Source: Pedobacter sp.
GTDB lineage: Bacteria; Bacteroidota; Bacteroidia; Sphingobacteriales; Sphingobacteriaceae
NCBI GenBank assembly: GCA_004295885.1
Contig: SEDG01000001.1
Coordinates: 7,942-71,941, forward strand
Reading direction: 5' to 3'
DNA: 64,000 nt
Of this stretch, positions 50,562 to 61,054 are shown piece after piece. The notes under the pieces were generated by a model, which worked only from the letters and a program-made list of their open reading frames with translations, was not told the DNA's origin and ran no database searches. How positions within the stretch are numbered: position 1 is the first letter of the stretch; each line of letters starts with the position of its first letter. Both the position numbers and the translations under genes were made by a program.

Positions 50562-53500
50562 ATGAACAAAATTTACTACTTATTAAATGGGCACTTGAAG
50601 CTATTGGTTTTCATGTGTCTGTTGTCCACGATCAATGTTGCCGTTTATGCGCAGCAGAAAACGATCAGTGGGGTCGTGATAGACTCCGCTGACACCAAGC
50701 CCCTAGTTGGGGTATCCATTACCATTCAGGGAACAAAAAACGTGATACAGACTGATGGGAATGGAAAGTTTAAGTTAAATGCTGCCTCAAGCGATAACTT
50801 AGTATTTCAATATCTTGGATTCGTGACTAAGGTTATCAATGTTGGTAACCAGAGCGATTTAAGGATTGTCTTAAGTTCTGCTAGCCAGAAGTTAGGTGAG
50901 GTGGTCGTGGTTGCCTTTGGAACACAGAAAAAAGTGAGTGTCACAGGGGCCATTAATTCCATTCAAACCAAGGAAATAAAGCAAAGTCCTGCCGCAAATT
51001 TAGCTGTGACCCTTGCTGGACGATTACCCGGTTTGACATCTATACAGAAAAGTGGGGAGCCTGGAAGGGATTTAACCAATCTGTACATCAGGGGCCAGGG
51101 TACAGTTAATGCGCAGAGTCCAGTCGTGTTGGTGGATGGGATAGAACGTGACCTAACTTATATCGACCCAAATGAGGTTGAATCCGTAACGATATTGAAA
51201 GATGCATCCTCGACGGCCATATTTGGTGTGAGAGGTGCTAATGGTGTGATTTTGGTTACTACAAAAAGAGGTACGTCTGAGAAGCCTTCCATTAACTTTA
51301 CAACCGAAACCGGACTTCAGGATTTCACAAGAAAACTGCAGCCAGTTAATTCATATGAATTTGCCACCTTACGAAACCTTGCCCAGCAGAATGATGGGCT
51401 AGGCCCGGCATTTTCCCCAGCAGCCTTAGAGCACTATAGAACGGGAGATGATCCAGTAAGATACCCGAATACCAATTGGCGAGAATTGTTGATGAAAGAC
51501 TATTCATCGCAATCACGCTATAACCTGAACGTATCTGGGGCAAGTAAGTCCATGAAGTACTTTATCAATGCAGGTTACCTTAGTCAGGGTGGACAGTTCA
51601 ATACGGAAAAAGGTCTTAACTATGACCCGAGTTTTGCATTGGATCGCTATAACTTCAGATCCAATATTGATGTACAGCTAAATAGCAGCCTTAAGGCATT
51701 CTTAAATGTTGCGGGATATTTAGAGAAACAAAATATGCCCGGTGGCGTATTGAGGACATTTGGAGATAGGAATTCGCAACTGGCTGGAGAGTCAACGGCA
51801 GATTTTATCTTCACTTTCATGAACGATATGAATAGTACTGATCCAGGGCCCTTGACCCCTGATGGTCAAGTAATCACAAATCCTATTGTACCACATCCGG
51901 CTTATGGGCAAATTAACAGGGCTGGTTATACGCAACAGACCAGAAATAACATCTTGGCTTCCTATGGGATGGAGCAAACCTTGGATTTCATAGCCAAAGG
52001 GTTGTCTGCCAAGGTAATTGTATCTTTTGATGCCAGGTCGACCAATAACCTCTTTGCCACAAAAAGTTATCAGAAATTTGTACAGGTGATAGATCCAAAT
52101 ACCGCCGAGGTATCTTACAGGAAGTTTAATGCCGATGAAAATACACCCTTGGATATATCAGGCTCTGCTTTTTTTACCACGCTAAGCAATATTCAGGGTT
52201 ACTTGAATTATAATAGGTTGTTTGGCAAGCACGCCGTTTCAGGCTTATTGCTATATCAACAACAAAAAAATATCGTGGACTCTCAGCTTCCATTTAATCT
52301 AAGGGGCGCTGCAACCCGTTTAACGTATTCCTATGACTCAAGATACCTCTTTGAGTTTAACGCTGGTTATAATGGTTCCGAGCAATTTGTTAAGGGTAAG
52401 AGGTTTGGGTTTTTTCCAGCGTTATCAGCAGGCTGGGTGATTTCCAATGAATCATTCTTAAAGGACAACAAGGTATTAAGCTTACTTAAGCTTCGCGGAT
52501 CATATGGAGAGGTAGGTAATGACAGGATTGGTGGAAGCCGCTTTTTGTACCTCGACGATATTATCGTGGCACCGGGTGGCGGTTATTCCAATAGTCTAGG
52601 TTTCGGAAATACGATCGTAACCAACAGGCTTCGAAATGAGAACCTGACATGGGAAGTCGCAAGGAAGGCGAATGTTGGCCTAGAGATTGGCCTTTTTAAT
52701 GCCCTTAACTTAACGGTTGACGTATTCACGGAGAAAAGGGACAATATTTTACGAAGAAGAGGAACCATTCCAACATTAAACGGATTGCCCATTAGTGCAC
52801 TGCCTCCCGTGAACATAGGCGTGGTTCAAAACCGAGGTTTTGAGGCAGAAGTTAACTATAAGAAGGTGTTTAACAAGGACTTTTCTATCCTGACAAGGGC
52901 TAATCTTTCGTTTGCCAGAAACAAGCAATTATTTGCTGATGAACCGCTGCTACCTGCAAGTTTTGCATATCGATACAGGCAAACTGGCTATAGGATCGGA
53001 CAACCGTTCGGCTATATTGTAGATAGGTATTTCACAAGCGTACAAGATATTGCAAATTCTCCGGTTCAAAGTGTTGGCGGGCACGAGTCCCGTCCAGGGG
53101 ATTTAAAGTTCAAGGATCTTAATAATGATGGGGTAATAGATGATAAGGATCATGGGCCGATTGGCTACTCGAACGTGCCGGAATATCAGTTTGGAGGTGC
53201 AATTAGCATAAATTACAAGAACTTTGATTTGAGTGCCCTTGTTCAAGGGGTGAGCAACATATATAATCTCTATGCAGGGGCTGGAACCTTTGAAGGTACA
53301 AACTACTATAGCCAGCATTTGGAAAGCTGGACAGCCGAAAGGTTCGCAAGCGGAGCTCCCATCAATTATCCAAGATTGACTACCCAAACGTCTCCTAACC
53401 AAAATTACAACTCTTTCTTTGTTATTGATGCCAGTTATGTGCGATTGAAGAATGTCGAGTTAGGCTACACCCTACCGACAAAATGGGCAGGCAAGGTGGG

Positions 53501-53660
53501 TGCAAAAAACATAAGGTTATATTTTAACGGATTAAACCTATACACCTGGGATAAATTGCCAACCAAGAACTTTGACCCTGAGCTAACTTTATCTGGACGT
53601 GGGCAGTTCACTTATCCGATCACAAGGGTATATAATCTAGGCGTTAATGTTACATTTTAA
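50562..53660 (+). CDS. susC: SusC/RagA TonB-dependent transporter
   Basis: LKDASSTAIFGVRGANGVILVTTKRG, YNGSEQF, C-terminal GVNVTF. Confidence 0.95.
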   Translation: MNKIYYLLNGHLKLLVFMCLLSTINVAVYAQQKTISGVVIDSADTKPLVGVSITIQGTKNVIQTDGNGKFKLNAASSDNLVFQYLGFVTKVINVGNQSDLRIVLSSASQKLGEVVVVAFGTQKKVSVTGAINSIQTKEIKQSPAANLAVTLAGRLPGLTSIQKSGEPGRDLTNLYIRGQGTVNAQSPVVLVDGIERDLTYIDPNEVESVTILKDASSTAIFGVRGANGVILVTTKRGTSEKPSINFTTETGLQDFTRKLQPVNSYEFATLRNLAQQNDGLGPAFSPAALEHYRTGDDPVRYPNTNWRELLMKDYSSQSRYNLNVSGASKSMKYFINAGYLSQGGQFNTEKGLNYDPSFALDRYNFRSNIDVQLNSSLKAFLNVAGYLEKQNMPGGVLRTFGDRNSQLAGESTADFIFTFMNDMNSTDPGPLTPDGQVITNPIVPHPAYGQINRAGYTQQTRNNILASYGMEQTLDFIAKGLSAKVIVSFDARSTNNLFATKSYQKFVQVIDPNTAEVSYRKFNADENTPLDISGSAFFTTLSNIQGYLNYNRLFGKHAVSGLLLYQQQKNIVDSQLPFNLRGAATRLTYSYDSRYLFEFNAGYNGSEQFVKGKRFGFFPALSAGWVISNESFLKDNKVLSLLKLRGSYGEVGNDRIGGSRFLYLDDIIVAPGGGYSNSLGFGNTIVTNRLRNENLTWEVARKANVGLEIGLFNALNLTVDVFTEKRDNILRRRGTIPTLNGLPISALPPVNIGVVQNRGFEAEVNYKKVFNKDFSILTRANLSFARNKQLFADEPLLPASFAYRYRQTGYRIGQPFGYIVDRYFTSVQDIANSPVQSVGGHESRPGDLKFKDLNNDGVIDDKDHGPIGYSNVPEYQFGGAISINYKNFDLSALVQGVSNIYNLYAGAGTFEGTNYYSQHLESWTAERFASGAPINYPRLTTQTSPNQNYNSFFVIDASYVRLKNVELGYTLPTKWAGKVGAKNIRLYFNGLNLYTWDKLPTKNFDPELTLSGRGQFTYPITRVYNLGVNVTF

Positions 53661-53672
53661 ATTTAGTCAATT

Positions 53673-55463
53673 ATGAAAAAGATATTGCTTTTAACTTTCG
53701 CCGCCTTATTGATGGTGGTGAGTTGTAAAAAGGATCCATTGGATCAGACACCAGATGGAAAAATAACCCTTGAAGAGGTTTTTACCGACAAGGACAGAAC
53801 AGAGGCATACCTAAGCACCGCATATAGCCGCATTCCAGATTATTTTTGGAAGTATAGTTTCTTCGCCTTTCTTGCTGGGGTTACTGATGAAGCCAAGGAC
53901 TCAGACGTGGGTAACAATGCAGGTAACATTGCCTCGTTTTGGAACACGGGTTCATTAAGTTTATCTACCAACCCACTGGAAGCCTATGGTGGTCAAGGTA
54001 AGGGAATCAGCAGGTATGTTACCTACTGGTCAGGCATAAGGGACTGTAACGTTTTCTTAGCTAACATCCCAAAGGCAGCTGTAGCTAACGAGGATTATAG
54101 AAAGAGATTTACGGCCGAGGCTAAGGTCCTTCGATCATTTTATTACCTGGAACTAATCAAGCAGTTTGGTGGAATGCCGATTGTTGACAAGCCTTTTGAG
54201 GTTACCTTTGATTATACGTCGTTGAAAAGACCTACTTTCCAGGAATGTGTTAACTTCATTGTAAAAAATTGTGATGAGGCCATTGCAGAGCCTCAGTTTC
54301 CACTTAGGATAACTTTAGAGACAGAACGTGGGAGGTTCACAAAGGCCGTTGCGTATGCAATCAAGTCTCAGGCACTGCTTTACAATGCAAGTCCATTATG
54401 GAACCCAACAAATGATATGGCGAAGTGGACCGCCTCTGCGAATGCTTCAAAGGAGGCAATTGCTGCTTTAGCTGCTACTGGCCAATTTGCCCTTAATGCT
54501 AATTATGGAAATTATTTCTTGAATCAGTCAGATCTTAGCCCATCCCCAGGTGATAAAGAGACTATTTTTGAAATTAATGAACCATCTAACGGCACCTTTT
54601 CAGTAATTAACAGTATTCCAAGTAAGCCAGGGATGTTCAAGGCCGGCTCTTGCCCGTCGCAAGAATTGGTGGATGCCTATGATATGCAAATTAACCCAAT
54701 AGCGGGCGGTATTGCAGGTGAGCCAGCTATTCTTGGCTATTCAGATGCAGACCATTTACAACCAATCATCAATAACTCTGGCCCTGGGCCAGCTTCTGGT
54801 TACGCAAGGGCAAGGCCATACGTAGGACGAGACCCAAGGTTTTATGCTACAGTTTGGTTCAACGGCGCACAATACGATAATATTAATGGTGCAATCCATA
54901 CCATTGAAACCTTCCAAGGAGGAGCAGATCAATTGATTAAAAATCCACCTAACAGGGCTAATACCCATACTGGATACTATTTGAGAAAATTTATAGATCC
55001 TAGGATTCAGTCTAACCAGCCGCATAACTCAAGGTGGAAAAAATATCGCCTAGCGGAAATTTACCTGAACCTGGCAGAAGCGGAGAATGAGGTAAATGGT
55101 CCAACGGCCGCCGCGTATGCTGCGGTTAACGTGGTGAGAAATCGTGCACAGATGCCTAATCTTCCTGCCGGATTGGATAAGGATCAGTTCAGGATAAGAG
55201 TACGCAGGGAGCGAAGAGTGGAATTTGCAATGGAAGAGCACCGTTTCTGGGACGTGAGACGCTGGAAAATATTGGATCAGACAGATAAGGTCGTTACGGG
55301 AATGGAAATAATCAAAGATCCAGTGACTGGAGTATTTACCTACAATCGTTTTGTAACAGAGCGCCGTAATGCGTGGACGGATAAGTACTTGATTTTCCCA
55401 ATTCCACTTGGTGAGGCTTCTATCATTCCCGATTTTGATTTACATCAAAATCCAGGGTGGTAA
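53673..55463 (+). CDS. susD: SusD/RagB lipoprotein
   Basis: Lipobox VVSC, RDPRF, RLAEIYLNLAEA, RRERRVEFAMEEHRFWDVRRW, QNPGW. Confidence 0.93.
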   Translation: MKKILLLTFAALLMVVSCKKDPLDQTPDGKITLEEVFTDKDRTEAYLSTAYSRIPDYFWKYSFFAFLAGVTDEAKDSDVGNNAGNIASFWNTGSLSLSTNPLEAYGGQGKGISRYVTYWSGIRDCNVFLANIPKAAVANEDYRKRFTAEAKVLRSFYYLELIKQFGGMPIVDKPFEVTFDYTSLKRPTFQECVNFIVKNCDEAIAEPQFPLRITLETERGRFTKAVAYAIKSQALLYNASPLWNPTNDMAKWTASANASKEAIAALAATGQFALNANYGNYFLNQSDLSPSPGDKETIFEINEPSNGTFSVINSIPSKPGMFKAGSCPSQELVDAYDMQINPIAGGIAGEPAILGYSDADHLQPIINNSGPGPASGYARARPYVGRDPRFYATVWFNGAQYDNINGAIHTIETFQGGADQLIKNPPNRANTHTGYYLRKFIDPRIQSNQPHNSRWKKYRLAEIYLNLAEAENEVNGPTAAAYAAVNVVRNRAQMPNLPAGLDKDQFRIRVRRERRVEFAMEEHRFWDVRRWKILDQTDKVVTGMEIIKDPVTGVFTYNRFVTERRNAWTDKYLIFPIPLGEASIIPDFDLHQNPGW

Positions 55464-55511
55464 GTAATGAAAGTAGCTGAATCGGTTTATTCACGTTAAG
55501 TTAAACATCGC

Positions 55512-58466
55512 ATGAAAACAAGCTATTTCGCTTTCAAACTTGTGGTATTGATAGTTGCCCTTACTTTTTCAGCCGAAAAAGTAAGGGCTGCCATTCCAGC
55601 TGATTTTTGGCCGCAATCTGGACAAACTACGCAATGGACCACAAATGCCAATAATGAACTATGCTTTGATGGTAGTCAGCCAGGTTTTGGCCTGGCTACT
55701 GTTGCGACAACGTTTGGTGGCCTGGTGTCAAATGATTATACAGGATTAACATTGAAGTTTGATGCTATAATCTCGTCGGGTGGAGAAAACACCACGGTTG
55801 TGCTAAGTTCAAATGGAACATGGGGTTCAAAGGGCATTGTTATCGAATTAAGTAAGTGGCAGGTACAATGTGCCACTAATTATGTCTATCCTGCTACGAT
55901 TCTAAGCTCTAACGCATCCTATTATCAGAATACTGTAATTAAGCCTGGGCTTTATAATTCTTTCATTATTCAGGTGAGTGCAACTGGGCTAGTCACGATC
56001 GCAGTTAACGGATATGTGTGTCCAACAACATATGCTGCTTCGTTAACTGTACTTCAGGCTACCACGCCGGTTCCTCGTTTCGCTTATTTTAGCACTGGCT
56101 TTACTGGTTTCAAAGTTAAAAATTTAAAAGCTGAAAAGTCATCAATAGCCAAGCAATATTTTAAGACCTATGCGCCACTGGCGGGCACTTACTATATCGA
56201 TGCAATTAACGGAAGTGATATAGCCAGTGGCACGTCCGAGACTGAAGCATGGCGTACTTTCGATAATGTGAACAAAACTGTTCAAAATGCCGGTACCAAG
56301 GTTCTCCTTAAAAAGGGATGTACGTGGAATCAACGTTTAGAAATTAGAGGTGCGGGAACAATAGCTAACTGGATTGAGGTAGGTAGCTATGGGACAAGTG
56401 TGAACAAACCAAAAATTTCGCTGACCAATAACGTAAATGATATCGGTTTGCTGATTTGCGACCTGGATAAGACCTCAGGAACTACCAGGTCGCAATCCAT
56501 CAGCTACATTAAGGTCCAGAACCTCGAAATAGCCAATACTCGGCTTGGAATATATTATCGAAGCGTGACCGGAACAACCAACACCGGGTTCTTCGTTAAT
56601 AACGTTACTTTTACCAATATCAATTGCGATCCGGTCATGAGTGCAATCAATTCTGCTCCCAATAAGGATGCAGAGATCGGTGTACAACTTGCAAACATCA
56701 AGGGGAATCTCGAGACTGTTACTGGTAGTTCTGATGGTGGGGTACGTGAATACATTTTTCCTGCGGGCATATTTGTGGGAGGACAGACCTTAGGTGGACA
56801 GACCATATCTGGAAGTCACACAACCGTACTTACCGAATTTGAGGTTTCCAACTGCCAGTTCAATGAAGCCATAGCTGGAGTGATGTCTGTGTTTTACTGG
56901 CCAGTTATCAATACCGATGGGGCGAACATCTGGCAACAACTGGTTAACAAGGTCAAGCTTACCAATTTAAGCTCAACGGGAATAGTTAATGGTGTTATTG
57001 GTTTCGATTGCGTAAATGGTGGTGCGGTCGCGGATGCCAATGGCGTGATGCAGCCTGATGCCAATGGTTGGGGGGCATTTAAGAATGTCAACGTGACGAT
57101 GGGCTCTGCCGTTTCGGGCAGGACCTGGCCAAACGGGACAACCGGGGTCATCCTTTCAAACAGTAAGAACATCGTTGTGGATAGCTGTGAATTTTCAGAG
57201 CTCCTAAACCAAAATAACCCTGATGGTTGTGGCTTTGACTTTGAGACAAATAATGATAATGTGACCATACAGAACACCAAGTTCTTGAACAATGATGGAC
57301 ATTCCATTCTTTTAATGAATGGTGGAGCCTTTGGTGGAAATTCGAACGTCATCATCCAGAAGAACCTCTTTGCAAAGAACGTCAAAAACAGTACCTCTAC
57401 CACCGAGTTCCTTTTCTCGCTGGACTCTGACGGGCACTCTAACGTTAAGGTGAGGAACAATCAGGTGTTCATGCGAAAGAAAAACAAGAATAATGTCAAC
57501 ATCACGTTTTTACCAACCAGGGCCTATATCACGTCCACGAGCAATGACTTGTATTACTTGGACGATACCTATGCGAACCTCACGGTTAGTTTTCTGGGTC
57601 TGCCATATACCTACAAGGCACTGACCAGTTCGGTAGCTGCACCCCAGGTTTCCAGCCTGCTGTTGAAAAATGGTGACTTGGTTACCACTAACAGGACCAT
57701 TCCAGTAAAGAATGACTACTCGTTGGCTCATGGCACACCGGCTAGCTATATGGTGAGCGAAAGTTCAAGCTTCACTGGTGCTGTATGGGCCACCTATTCT
57801 CCTAACTTTAATTATCTGTTATCCGCGGGTAATGGGGGAAAGATCGTCTATTTCAAGATCAGGAATGTGGCTGGGACCTCTCCGGTATATTCATCGGCAA
57901 TTACCTTAAATGAATCCGGTTCTGGGTTAATGGCGATGTCAAGTCCAGTTAAGCTTGAGACTGCACAGACCTTGAATGGAAATCTGCTGAAGTGGGAGGG
58001 GTCGAAAGATAACAATGGCAATTTTATTGTTCAAAGGTCTTCTGACGGCATTTACTTTAAGGAAATAGGTAGAATTAGGTTAAATGGCGAAGCTATGAAA
58101 TACCAATATCTTGATCCGACCCCAGTGGTTGGCCATAATTATTACAGGCTAACACTGGATAACTCCAGTGGCCAACCTAAATTATTGGATCAAAAGGATG
58201 TACAGATTGAATTGCCCGTGGTGATTTATCCCAATCCTGTGCTAAACCAACGTTTCAATATTAATTTCAATAAGATATTCGACCGTGACATCGTAGTTTC
58301 TGTGCTTGACTTTACTGGAAGGGAATTACAGCGAACCGTGATCCCACATCGAAAAGAGGCCTTTATCCATGAAGTAGAACTTAGTGGAAAAATAAGGCCC
58401 GGCCTATACGTGATCAGCTTCAGTTCCAACGAGTTCAAGCACTTGACTAGGTTACTGGTCAAGTAA
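55512..58466 (+). CDS. T9SS-secreted multidomain protein with right-handed beta-helix (putative CAZyme)
   Basis: Signal peptide; YYIDA..GSD..SGTSE..AW beta-helix cap; Asn-rich repeats with DGCGFDFE; C-terminal IYPNP...GLY.I type A sorting domain. Confidence 0.75.
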   Translation: MKTSYFAFKLVVLIVALTFSAEKVRAAIPADFWPQSGQTTQWTTNANNELCFDGSQPGFGLATVATTFGGLVSNDYTGLTLKFDAIISSGGENTTVVLSSNGTWGSKGIVIELSKWQVQCATNYVYPATILSSNASYYQNTVIKPGLYNSFIIQVSATGLVTIAVNGYVCPTTYAASLTVLQATTPVPRFAYFSTGFTGFKVKNLKAEKSSIAKQYFKTYAPLAGTYYIDAINGSDIASGTSETEAWRTFDNVNKTVQNAGTKVLLKKGCTWNQRLEIRGAGTIANWIEVGSYGTSVNKPKISLTNNVNDIGLLICDLDKTSGTTRSQSISYIKVQNLEIANTRLGIYYRSVTGTTNTGFFVNNVTFTNINCDPVMSAINSAPNKDAEIGVQLANIKGNLETVTGSSDGGVREYIFPAGIFVGGQTLGGQTISGSHTTVLTEFEVSNCQFNEAIAGVMSVFYWPVINTDGANIWQQLVNKVKLTNLSSTGIVNGVIGFDCVNGGAVADANGVMQPDANGWGAFKNVNVTMGSAVSGRTWPNGTTGVILSNSKNIVVDSCEFSELLNQNNPDGCGFDFETNNDNVTIQNTKFLNNDGHSILLMNGGAFGGNSNVIIQKNLFAKNVKNSTSTTEFLFSLDSDGHSNVKVRNNQVFMRKKNKNNVNITFLPTRAYITSTSNDLYYLDDTYANLTVSFLGLPYTYKALTSSVAAPQVSSLLLKNGDLVTTNRTIPVKNDYSLAHGTPASYMVSESSSFTGAVWATYSPNFNYLLSAGNGGKIVYFKIRNVAGTSPVYSSAITLNESGSGLMAMSSPVKLETAQTLNGNLLKWEGSKDNNGNFIVQRSSDGIYFKEIGRIRLNGEAMKYQYLDPTPVVGHNYYRLTLDNSSGQPKLLDQKDVQIELPVVIYPNPVLNQRFNINFNKIFDRDIVVSVLDFTGRELQRTVIPHRKEAFIHEVELSGKIRPGLYVISFSSNEFKHLTRLLVK

Positions 58467-58516
58467 TCAGCTAAAGCCTTTAAATCTCAACTTTAACAAT
58501 TTAAAAACAATACAAA

Positions 58517-59344
58517 ATGAAATTCCTCAAAAAAATAACCATCATATTACTGTTCTTAGGTATTCAGTACGCTACTTACGGGCAGAAACCCAGGCAACGA
58601 ATGCACCTTAATACAACCGATGATGCAAGGGTAGCGATAGCGCTGACGATAGATGAACTGCCCGGTGAAATTTTTACCTTCACCATACCCGAGGTTTTTA
58701 CCTTACAGGGATTTGAAGGTGGTCCAGGCGGGCTGGGCAATTTTAATGGACAATTGTGGAAATTCAATAACGACGGCGCCAGCGCTTCTCTTTCTGATAA
58801 AAATTACAATTACACCATTAACCTCAGTTTGGTTGAAAGCAAGAACAAATACAGCTTAAAATGGAAACTGTTATTTAAGAACAACTCCGATCATGCATTG
58901 TCTGACTTGGCGGCATTTAATTGCGTTAGCATGAAGCTTGCGCCCTTGTTCAAGGACGACAACTTGGACAGGACCTGGGTAACTGATGAGAAAGGTAAGG
59001 AAAAACTGATCAGGAACGTGGCAAAGACACAGGGAGAAGGCAGAAGAACGATGCAATTCTATTCTGCAATTGGTGGAATAAAGGACTTGTCCAAATCGCA
59101 ATGGATCCAGCAATGGGATGTGAATTCCAAGGAGATGCTGACCGGGAAAAAGATCTACATCAAGTCAAAAGACTCGAAGTGGGTACTGAGCAATGAGGTT
59201 GATGGGCAGGTAGCCTATTTCTTCAATAACTTTGAAAAGACACATGGCTGCGTCCATGCCTCACCATTGATTGCAGCGGTTCTTGCTCCTGGAAAAACTG
59301 CTGTGGCAAGTGGAAGTATAAATATTATTAAACAACAAAATTAA
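58517..59344 (+). CDS. Secreted hypothetical protein, paralog 2 of the unknown family
   Basis: Signal peptide; AFNC, APLFKD, GRRTMQFY and FFNN..HGCVHASP blocks. Confidence 0.8.
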   Translation: MKFLKKITIILLFLGIQYATYGQKPRQRMHLNTTDDARVAIALTIDELPGEIFTFTIPEVFTLQGFEGGPGGLGNFNGQLWKFNNDGASASLSDKNYNYTINLSLVESKNKYSLKWKLLFKNNSDHALSDLAAFNCVSMKLAPLFKDDNLDRTWVTDEKGKEKLIRNVAKTQGEGRRTMQFYSAIGGIKDLSKSQWIQQWDVNSKEMLTGKKIYIKSKDSKWVLSNEVDGQVAYFFNNFEKTHGCVHASPLIAAVLAPGKTAVASGSINIIKQQN

Positions 59345-59356
59345 ATACGAGAACAG

Positions 59357-60187
59357 ATGATTAGAGTCAGATATTTGCTATGCCTGCTGGGGTTATTGTT
59401 TTTTGTCCACGAGGTTTCTGGACAGGTTATCCCTCCCCAAAGCGCTATCGGTATGGAAACTGCTGATGCTCAAGGCAGAGTTGCAATAGCGCTCACCCTA
59501 GATGAAATGCCAGGCCAAAAGTTTGTGCTAGAAATACCAGAGTTATTTACCTCTACGAGTGGCAAGGGCGAACACTTCAATTACAGCAAACAAGTTTGGA
59601 ATTACCGTCCCGATGGCGCCGATATGAAGCTCAGCGATGAAAAATATACATATGAAATCCATCTTGATAAGGTGATGTCAAAAAATGCGGTTGGATTGAA
59701 ATGGAAGATTACATTTACCAATAACAGTGAAGAAACCCTAAAGGACCTAATTTCATTTAACTGCTGGACAATGAACTCCGCACCGCTATTTAAGGATGTG
59801 GAGATGAAAAGAACCTATGTGCTTGATAGCGCAAGCAATAAGATTACACTGGCCTCTGTTCGCAAGACTCAGGGTTCGGGAAGAAGGAACATGCAATATT
59901 ATCCGGTTCCCAAGAGCAAAGTGGATCTTTCCGATAGTCCCTGGATTAGGAATTGGAACGTAATCTCTACTCAGGGTCTTGCCGGGAAGTGCATCTCGAT
60001 TGTTTCAACAGACTCCAAATGGCTTTTCGAAAACAAGGTAGATGGCAATGTTGCCTTTTTCTTCAATAATTTCGAGGATGACCATGGTTGTGTCCATGCC
60101 TCCCCTCTTCTTGCCAAAAAACTCCTACCAGGTAAGACAGCAAGTGCAAGCGGGATATTTAAGTTTACGAGGATAAAACAAAATTAA
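59357..60187 (+). CDS. Secreted hypothetical protein, paralog 3 of the unknown family
   Basis: Signal peptide; SFNC, APLFKD, GRRNMQYY and FFNN..HGCVHASP blocks. Confidence 0.8.
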   Translation: MIRVRYLLCLLGLLFFVHEVSGQVIPPQSAIGMETADAQGRVAIALTLDEMPGQKFVLEIPELFTSTSGKGEHFNYSKQVWNYRPDGADMKLSDEKYTYEIHLDKVMSKNAVGLKWKITFTNNSEETLKDLISFNCWTMNSAPLFKDVEMKRTYVLDSASNKITLASVRKTQGSGRRNMQYYPVPKSKVDLSDSPWIRNWNVISTQGLAGKCISIVSTDSKWLFENKVDGNVAFFFNNFEDDHGCVHASPLLAKKLLPGKTASASGIFKFTRIKQN

Positions 60188-60192
60188 TTGCG

Positions 60193-61008
60193 ATGAACTC
60201 AGCCATATCAAAAGAACAAATCAATTTCTACCAGGATAATGGATATGTTGTTATAGAAGACTTTTTAAGTGCTGACGAACTGGAAAGATGGCGTAGTGCC
60301 CTAACAGTCGCCGTAAAGGAAAGAAATGGTCAAAAGATGCCCGGACAAGCTACTAAAATAGGTGAAGACGATGGGATAAATAAAGACGTTGAATACTTTA
60401 ACAGCGTGTTTGACCAGTTGTTGAACCTATGGCAAACCAATGATCAAATCAAGGAGCTTATGCTCGATAAGTCTATTGGCAAGATGGCAGCTGATTTGGC
60501 AGGTATGGATGGTATCAGGATTTGGCATGATCAAGCATTGATCAAAAGGCCTTGGGCTAATCCCACCGCTTGGCATCTGGATACTCCGTTTTGGTCGTTT
60601 TCGGATAGAAATGCCATCTCGATTTGGGTAGCGCTTGATGACGCAACGCTAGAAAACGGTTGTCTGTTCTTCATCCCAGGCTCTCATCTGACCACAGGTT
60701 TTCGCAACGTAGAACTCGGTAGGAATATGGCCGGGATATTTGAGGTGTACCCTGAATTTAAAAAATCTCGATCTGTGGCTGCACCCATGAAAGCTGGCAG
60801 TTGCTCATTTCACAATGGGCTCACGATCCATGGGGCGCACGCGAATATGACACCGGGTTTTAGGCGAGCAATGACTTGTGCCTATATGCCAGACGGGAAT
60901 GTTTTTAATGGGGTGAGGAATATACTTCCAGAAAGTTACCTTAACACTACTATGGTTGGAGATGTGTTGAACAGTGAAGAACAGAATCCCTTGATTTATT
61001 CCAAATAG
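60193..61008 (+). CDS. PhyH-family Fe(II)/2-oxoglutarate dioxygenase
   Basis: AWHLD...FHNGLTIH...RRA; WVALDDATLENGCL..IPGSH. Confidence 0.9.
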   Translation: MNSAISKEQINFYQDNGYVVIEDFLSADELERWRSALTVAVKERNGQKMPGQATKIGEDDGINKDVEYFNSVFDQLLNLWQTNDQIKELMLDKSIGKMAADLAGMDGIRIWHDQALIKRPWANPTAWHLDTPFWSFSDRNAISIWVALDDATLENGCLFFIPGSHLTTGFRNVELGRNMAGIFEVYPEFKKSRSVAAPMKAGSCSFHNGLTIHGAHANMTPGFRRAMTCAYMPDGNVFNGVRNILPESYLNTTMVGDVLNSEEQNPLIYSK

Positions 61009-61054
61009 TTTGATCACTAACGGTGTATTTTATCAGTTTTTTAATTATCGAAGC

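Noticed and set aside
1014-61017. Many 60-190 aa ORFs overlapping long genes (e.g. 56894..57460, 47187..47669, 25988..26386)
   Set aside because: Antisense or alternate-frame shadows of well-supported CDSs, with no recognisable motifs.
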